Shown here in pieces: positions 54,610 through 64,000 of a stretch of DNA of 64,000 bases. The DNA lies in NCBI RefSeq assembly GCF_009914755.1, contig NC_060928.1, one strand, 5' to 3'. The notes beneath the pieces are model-generated. The model did no database searches and had not been told where the DNA came from. It saw only the letters and a list, made by a program, of their open reading frames with translations. The position numbers and the translations under genes are program-made. Within the stretch, counting starts at the first letter, position 1. Each line of letters opens with the position of its first letter. Source of the DNA: the human T2T-CHM13v2.0 reference genome, Homo sapiens.

Positions 54610-56122
54610 TATTATTCATATGGAATTTCAATGCATCCTAAATAGTGTAATCTTGAAAAAGAACAAGTTGGAGGTCTTACACGTCCTGATTTCAAAACAT
54701 ACGACAAAGCTACAATAATCAAATCAGTGTGGTAGTAGAATAACAACAGACATATAGATGAATGGAATAAGATTAAAAAAAAAAACGAAATAAGCCTTCA
54801 TTTATGTGGTCAAACAATTTTTGACAAGGGTGCCAAGCCCATTCATTAGGGAAAGAATAGTCTTTTCAACAAATGGCACTGGGAAAATGGGATATCCACA
54901 CGTGAAATAATGAAGTTTGCCCCTTGCCTCACACCAAGTATAATAATTAATTTAAAATGAAGCAAAGAGCTAAATGTAAGACCTAAAGCACTCTTAGCAG
55001 AAAACATAGAGGAAAGACTTCATGACATTAGATTTTGCAATGATTTCCTGGATATGGCAGTAAGCACAAGCAACAAAAGAAAAATAGTAGATAAGTTGAA
55101 CTTCATCAAAATTTAAACTTTGTGTATCAAAGGTTACTATCAACAAAGTGAAAAGGCAATAAGCACACTGAACATTTGCAAATTATACATCTGATAAGGG
55201 GTTAATATCCTGAATTTAGAAAGAATTTCTACAACTCAACAACAACAAAAACAACCTGATTTAAAAATGGGCAAATATTTCTCCAAAGAAGATATACAAA
55301 GGGCCAATAAGCACAAAATAAGATGGTCAACATCACTACTCATTAGGGAAATGCAAACCAAAACCACAATCAGATACCACTTCACATTCATTAGGATGGC
55401 TATTACTGGTTTTTTAAAAAGAAAAATAAAGGAAAGAAAAACAGGAGGTAACTAATGTTGATAGGAAGTAGAGAAACTGGAACCCTTGTACACTGCTGGT
55501 TGGAATGCAAAATGGAACAGCTGTTATGGAAAACAGTATGGAGTTCCTCAAAAAATTTAAAATTGAATTACTATATGACTCAGCAATCTACTTCCAAATA
55601 CATATCCAAAACAATTTAAAGCAGACACTTGAACAGGTATTTGCACACCCATGTTTACAGCAGCATTATTTGCAATAGTCAAAACCAACCCAAATGTCTA
55701 TTGAGAAATGAATAGACTAAATGTGAGATATACATGCTATAGAATATTATTCAGCCTTAAAAAGGAGTCAAATTCTACCGCATGATACAACGTGGATAAA
55801 ACTCGAAGACATGCTAAGTGAAGTAAGCTAGTCACAAGAGAACACATAGCTTATAATTCCACATGTATGAGGTACCCAGAATAGTCAAATTATAGAGACA
55901 AAAAGTAGAATGGTGGTTGCCAGGAGCTGGGGAGAGGGGAAAATGGGGATTATAATGGGTATAGACTTCCAGTTTGGGAAGATGAAAAATGTTCTAGGGA
56001 TGGATGGTGGTGACAGTTGCAGAACAATGTGAATTTACTTAATGGTACTGAACCATACACTTAAAAATGGTTAAAATGGTAAACTTTATGTTATGTGTAT
56101 TTTACTACAGTAAAAAAAAAAA
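54610..56122 (+). mobile_element. L1MB-type 5'-truncated LINE-1
   Basis: ORF2 C-terminal remnant ([12 protein letters not shown]...[13 protein letters not shown] in ORF 55267..55455), L1MB 3'UTR and A tail. Confidence 0.92.
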
Positions 56123-56309
56123 ATTTTAAACCCAACATTCTACCAGAAGATCGTTTTAATCAACATATGGGAAAATTTGTTCACACCTGCTTGGTAGCAC
56201 TACACTTTTAAGAGCCTGTCCCTGTACACTAACCAAGTTTCCCAATAAGCATAACCAATAGCAAATTTAAATATCAAGAGTCCTTACTTGAAATGCTGTA
56301 GGTAAGCCA

Positions 56310-56470
56310 TTATATTGTGGCAGTTACTTCAGAATTGGAAAAACTAAATTTAATTTCTAGTTCTACCACTTAGCTATGGAAAATCGAACAAGTGCTTAAT
56401 CTCTTAATTTCTCCATCTGTAAAAACTCTGTCCCTTTAGGATTGCTGCAAAGACTGCTATAAGAGGATGT
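56310..56470 (+). mobile_element. MIR SINE
   Basis: ttctagttctaccacttagctatg...tttctccatctgtaaaa. Confidence 0.65.
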
Positions 56471-56499
56471 ATATATGCATGTTAATAGGGGCAATCTCA

Positions 56500-56826
56500 A
56501 GTGTTCATTTAGCATCCTTCCACGTGGTTATTCGGGATCCCGGTTGTTTTCATCTCACTGTACCACTATCTAGCAAAGATTCCTCAGAGTCATCCACAGG
56601 CTTCTCTGCATTGAACCAACAAAAATATTAAGAGTGAGGAAAATTATACAGGATAATTTTATGACCAGGTATGTAAATGAAGTTCAAGTCCACCATGAAC
56701 ATTTCACTGGCCAGAACCTGATCCCACGGTTGCAACCCACCAGCAAAGCAAGCTGGTAAACATAATCCTCTGTTCGCCCCAGAAGAGAAAATGAAATTGA
56801 TAAGCATCTAGTCAGTTTCTGCTACA
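56500..56826 (-). mobile_element. Old MLT1 (I/J/K-like) LTR fragment
   Basis: catttcactggccagaac...gcaaagcaagctggtaaa...cagtttctgctaca. Confidence 0.7.
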
Positions 56827-56912
56827 AATGCCAAAGAAAAAGTTGTTTCCTGTCCCATAAGGAACATCTCCAAGAACATAGTGAAAGTGAAGAAGTAGAT
56901 TATCTCATTTTG

Positions 56913-57244
<332 letters not shown>

Positions 57245-58676
57245 CTACCTTGTTTCAGATGCCTCTCTCTTTGCAGTGAGATACATTTGCCATCAGGCAA
57301 TTGTTTTTCTGAGCTACTTGAAGCCACACAATAAACATTGTGCATTTTCCTGGAATATCTTAACTGGTTGGGGGAGTAGGGTAGGGGTGTAGTCAGATAT
57401 GTGTTATTTAACTTGTACATAATTTAAAACTTTAAATTTATAAGGCAAACTTGAATATAATATGAAGTAGAATGCAAACTTCACATTAATTTTTTAATAG
57501 AGAAAACATGAGACTTCAAAAAAAATTGTATACAGGAAGGGAGCCCTTTAGGTTGAATTTTTTCCTACTACTATGTGTACACGTTCATTCTGTTCTGAGG
57601 TTATTTTAAGGGAAAAGGGTGAGAGGCACTGAATTATATATTGACTTTTATGTTTTTAATTATTTAATAGACTCTACCTCTTTCTTGTATATTTTTGAGA
57701 TATATAAACTATACATGTATTTATAATTGCTAAATATTAGCATAAGCTGAATATTATGCACTAGCTACACTGAAACTTACATTGCCTCCCTATACCTTCA
57801 GTATAAATATATCAACACATTCTTTCAGCAAAAATGTTATCATTCCAATGCTATTATGCTTGCAATGCCACCTAACCATTAAAAGCAGTTCTCTTTTGCA
57901 AGTGTTCAAAGAGGTTGGACAGATGAGATAAGACAAAGTTTAAGCAAGCCAAAGTAACTACTTAGTTCAAATTTGTTTCAGTCAACATTAGGAGGAGGCA
58001 GCTTGTTGTTGCCAGGATTTCCAGATCTAAAACATTTGTTTATTTGATTGTGTAATGTAGATAAAGCTTAACTCTTTCACCTCACATTTTATTATTTTAT
58101 CTTAGAGAAGAAATTCATGCTAATTGCAACCAAGGAATCAAGCTAAAATGCATGAAGAGTTAATGATTTCACCCCTTTTCCTTTCACTCCCACACTGGAT
58201 AACCAGTGTTAACATTCTTCTTCTTGAGCATACAGATATATACAAGTGTACAGGTATGTAAGATTCTTAGATGTAAGTGGGATTGTACCATACACAACGC
58301 ATTTCTCACTTATATTATCAACATTCCACCAGTTCATAGATATGGATCTAATTCATTTTCAGTTAAAAAATGTATTCTCTAATATGAAATACCGTAATTG
58401 ATTCCACTATTTAATTATTCATGAATACTCCTTGGCTTTTTTGTTTATGTGTTTGCTAATTACTATTAAAAATTCTGCAATAAATACCCTTTTATATATT
58501 TGTTTATAGAATGGAGCTTTCATTTATTACTATAAGGTAGATTGTCAAAGAGCCAATGGATATGTTTATCTTTAATCTCAAAATTGGTCTATTTAATATA
58601 TATTGGTCTATGCTTTATTCTATTTGCCTGATCTGATTATCTTTTCCTGGGCCAGTAACACAGCTTTGATTATAGT

Positions 58677-59940
<1,264 letters not shown>

Positions 59941-60303
59941 ACTGAACAACCAGTTGAATTATGGAGTTATGGTGATAGTTAATACCTGGTAAATCAAGGA
60001 CTCTACACTTTTTCAAATTGGCATACCTATTCTCAGCTAATACTTCAATATGAAATCTGACTTTATCACATTCCAATAAATAAAAATTCTATTCCACTAG
60101 AATACTAATTGACATAATATATTTATGAAATGTAATATTTTTACAATATTAAGTCTCTTCCCTGGGAAAGATATTATGCCTGTATATTTGTTTAGACTTT
60201 CTATAATGTCCTCCAATAATTTGTTGTTTTTGTATAGAAAATATCTTATCAAATTAATTTTATCACTACTTCAAATGAGATATTTTTCTGCTTCCATTTT
60301 TAA

Positions 60304-60599
<296 letters not shown>

Positions 60600-61237
60600 T
60601 AAATTATTTTTTTCTAATTCAAGAATTTCTATAGATTTTTACAAGCTGATTTTTAAAATTCAGCCAATATTCCAATTTTTCATATTAAATTTAGGAGTTT
60701 TAAGGAAAATCCTTTTGGGTTTTTGTCATCTAAAAGATACAAATCTATCCAATGTTTACATTGTTTTATTTTTTATTGCATTAGTTAATACCTCTAAAAT
60801 GTTTTATAAAAGGGTAAAAGTGGATATTCCACAATTTTTTTCTAATTTTTATGGAAATAGCTTAACATTGTACCATTTATTTTCTCACTTCCTGGTGCAG
60901 ATAAATAAACTTGTCCTTCTCTTCCTTTCAGTTAGAGTTTTACATAACAAATAATTGTTTGGGTTTTATCGAATGTCTTTGTGGCAATCATGAGTATAGT
61001 CATACGGTTTTCTACTTAATTGGTTGGTATAAGAAATTAGGCTTAGATTTCCTCCTGGTACCACTAGTTTCAACTCCCTCATACAGAATCTAAGGCATAT
61101 TCCTAGACTTGAAATCATCTACGGAAGGCTTGTTTGGCCAAGAAACCATAAAGCTCCAAGTGTTCCACATACGACCTTGTTCCATTGCCTCAGCACTGCC
61201 CACACAGTGATAGGGAACTCAGGAATGCCACATGGTC

Positions 61238-61577
61238 TGGTATGGTTTGTCTATGTGTCCACCCAAATCTCATCTTGAACTGTAGTTCCCATAATCTCCA
61301 GTTGCCATGGTAGGGATCCGGTGGGAGGTAAATTATTGGGGTGGTTACCTCCATGTTGTTCTCCTGATAGTGAGTTTTTAAGCGATCTCATGGTTTTATA
61401 AGGAGCTTTTCCCTCTCTTTGTTTCCCCTATCATTGTTTGCTTCCCCTTCTGCCATGATTGTAAATTTCCTGAGGGCTCCTCAGCCCTGTGGGACTGTGA
61501 GTCAATTAAACCTTTTCCTTTATAAATTACCCAGTCTCAGGTATGTCCTTACAGCAGCATGAGAACGGACTAACATG
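61238..61577 (+). mobile_element. THE1 (B/C-like) solo LTR
   Basis: tatggtttg...cacccaaatctcatcttgaa...tataaattacccagtctcagg...gagaacggactaa; perfect TSD tggtc at 61233-37 and 61578-82. Confidence 0.93.
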
Positions 61578-62303
61578 TGGTCCCAGTGAGACCACTTTTC
61601 TCCTACCACATAAAACACCCTGCTTCACCAATGCAAATTGCTTAAGAAACCACCCCCTAAAGGAGAATATCATTAGATCCGACCATTTACTCTTCTTACA
61701 AGACCATTAAAGCTAATGCCAACATGCACTATGTCCCTAGTTAACATAATCCCATCAATGGGAGTGCAAGCCACCCCATATATTTTTAGGCAGTTTTCAT
61801 TCCCAGATCTTATCCTCTAAGCTATGTAGACCCTCTAATCTGATTGAAGCCCTCAGTCCTAACTGATTCTCCCAGTGGGTCCCATTTGTGGTTGTACTGG
61901 CATTTTGGTGCAGGAATCAGAGATATTAAATGTCCTCCCTTATCCTGGAGAGCTTCTGCACTGTAAAAATGATCTCACTTAAATTGCCAATAGTTTATCT
62001 GTTAAGAAACATGACATTTTCTTATGTGTCCTCTAAAACTTCTGTTTATTATCAGCAACAGCTTCTCTATCCTCAACTCCATCTCTGAATGTTCATTTTA
62101 CTTTCCTGCTCTAAGACAAACTGGGCCAGCTACCCACTGAGGGACTCTTCCCAAGTAGAGGCTGTTATATCTACAATACCCCAAGCTCCTTAGTTTCAGC
62201 CACAGCCAGATGTCAGTCTATTCTGCCCGTTATTAAAATCCAAAACCTATGAACTTAACTTCAATTGCAAGAAACTTCCCTTTTAGAGGCTAATTATTAT
62301 GTT

Positions 62304-62479
<176 letters not shown>

Positions 62480-62485
62480 TAATTA

Positions 62486-63750
62486 TTATGTTGGTGCAAA
62501 AGTAATTGCGGTTTTAGACCATGAATTTTAAATCATTATAACTAGGCTCAAATACATCTTTATTAATCACAATCGGAACCATTAAAATTAACACATTTTT
62601 GCCAATGAGAAATAAGTTTGTTTATTCCTGTAGCATAAAAATCTGTGCTTCGGGATTTGACAAACTCTTAGAAAGCATTTTCTGCATCCTGCTGGTTGTA
62701 GAAGGTTTTCCCTGCAAAACAAACAAACAAAAATTGTCGAGATACTTGAAGAAGTGGTAGTCAGTTGGCAAGAGATCATGTGAATATGGTGGATGAGGCA
62801 AAATTTTGTAGCCCAAGTCGTTCAACTTTTGAAGCATTGGTTGTGCGACGTGTGGTCCTGAGTTGTCGTGGAGAAGAATTGAGCCCGTTCTGTTGGCCAG
62901 TGCTGGTTGCAGGCATTGCGGTATTTGGTGCACCTCATAGATTTGCTGAGCATATTTCTCAGATGTAATTATTTCACCAGGATTCAGAAAGATGTAGTGG
63001 ATCAGACCGGCAGCAGACCACCAAACAGTCACCAAGTTTGAGTTTGGGAAGTGCTTTGGATCTTCTCGGTCCAACCACTGAGCTGGTCATCGCCAGTTGT
63101 CATATAAAATCCACTTTTTGTCGCACATCACAATCCGATCAAAAAATGGTTCGTTTGTTGTTGTGTAGAGTAAGAGAAGATGACACTTTAAAACGACGAT
63201 TTTTTTTATTTTCGCTCAACTCATGAGGCACCCAGTTATCCAGCTGTTTCACCTTTCCTGTTTGCTTCAAATGCCAAACTACTGTAGAAAGATCGACATT
63301 GAGTTCTTCGGCAACTTCTTGAGTAGTTGTAAGAGAATCAGCTTCGATAATTGCTTTCATTTGGTCTTTGTCAACTTCTGATGGCCAGCCACTATGCTCC
63401 TCATCTTCAAGGCTCTTGTCTCCTTTGCAAAATTTGAACCACCACTGCACTGTACATTTGTTAGCAGTTCCTGAGCCAAATGTGTTGTTGATGTGGCAAG
63501 TTGTCTTCACTGCTTTATGACCCATTTTGAACTCAAATAAGAAAATTGCTGGAATTTGTTTTTTGTCTAACATCATTTCCATAGTCTAAAATAAACAGCA
63601 AGTAATAAGTCATAAGCAAAAAAAAAATAAAGTGAGAAATGCCCATTAAAATGATGTATAATATAACCACATTTATTTAAGAATGTACTCCAATATCAAA
63701 CAGCAAATTCCAACAATGCAAAAACCACAATTACATTTGCACCAACCTAA
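62486..63750 (-). mobile_element. Hsmar1 mariner transposon, near full length (1265 bp)
   Basis: 30-bp TIRs ttatgttggtgcaaaagtaattgcggtttt (62486-62515) and aaaaccacaattacatttgcaccaacctaa (63721-63750); TA on the left flank, TG on the right. Confidence 0.97.
62563..63582 (-). pseudogene. Hsmar1 transposase pseudogene (frameshifted)
   Basis: MEMMLDKKQI...WVPHEL (ORF 63139..63582), then IVMCDKKW, LLHDNSGPH, PPYSHDLLPTDYHFF (ORF 62622..63074); frameshift near 63155, loss of the HQKKVM-equivalent codons, (aaac)n insertion at ~62716-62733. Confidence 0.95.
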
Positions 63751-64000
63751 TGGGTTTATTTCTAAGAGACAATTCTCTCTTAAGATTTTGGCACCTTTCT
63801 CAGATTGTAGCATTGGAAAGTCTTGTGTTCTTGCATAGAACGTTACATTGGTAGTAAACCCAGACAGCATGCCTTATTTGAAAAGCCTTCACCCTTTGCC
63901 CAAATCTAGCTTTTTTAGAACCTTTTAATTACCCTCTGGGCCTGTGTTGTCAGCTTCCCATATATGCCTATGAAACCCATAGGCATATATCCGATCTATC

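Noticed and set aside
61020-62280. Possible ERVL/MaLR internal sequence flanking THE1 and Hsmar1
   Set aside because: Only a short ggtacca-type resemblance; no retroviral ORF motif recognisable, so not called.
62563-63582. SETMAR exon 3 or an active transposase
   Set aside because: Multiple frameshifts and a deletion, both TIRs present, third catalytic residue D rather than the N of SETMAR; an ordinary Hsmar1 fossil.

Overview
AT-rich, non-coding primate genomic DNA. It is almost certainly human, because it carries an AluYa5 with all five diagnostic bases. I find no supportable protein-coding exon, RNA gene or CRISPR array; every ORF in the track that I can recognise derives from a transposon (L1, Alu, MER44/Tigger, Hsmar1). 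The window holds a ~5.9 kb old L1PA-type element (minus, ~1.0-6.9 kb), ten Alu/Alu-monomer insertions, several solo LTRs (MLT1, MST, THE1, LTR8-type, MER21/77-type, LTR33-type), DNA transposon fossils (MER45-like, MER44, MER8, MER3, MER5) and a near full-length Hsmar1 mariner at the right end. Between these are long stretches with no repeat I recognise. They contain a short orphan CpG-dense patch (~24.5 kb) and transcription-factor motif clusters, which suggests intronic or gene-desert regulatory DNA. I see no evidence for a new gene system. The most interesting signals are the regulatory candidates, a young and possibly polymorphic Alu, and a series of small templated-copy or template-switch scars that can be read directly because they sit inside repeats of known consensus. 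Subfamily names come from recalled consensus sequences, not from a search.
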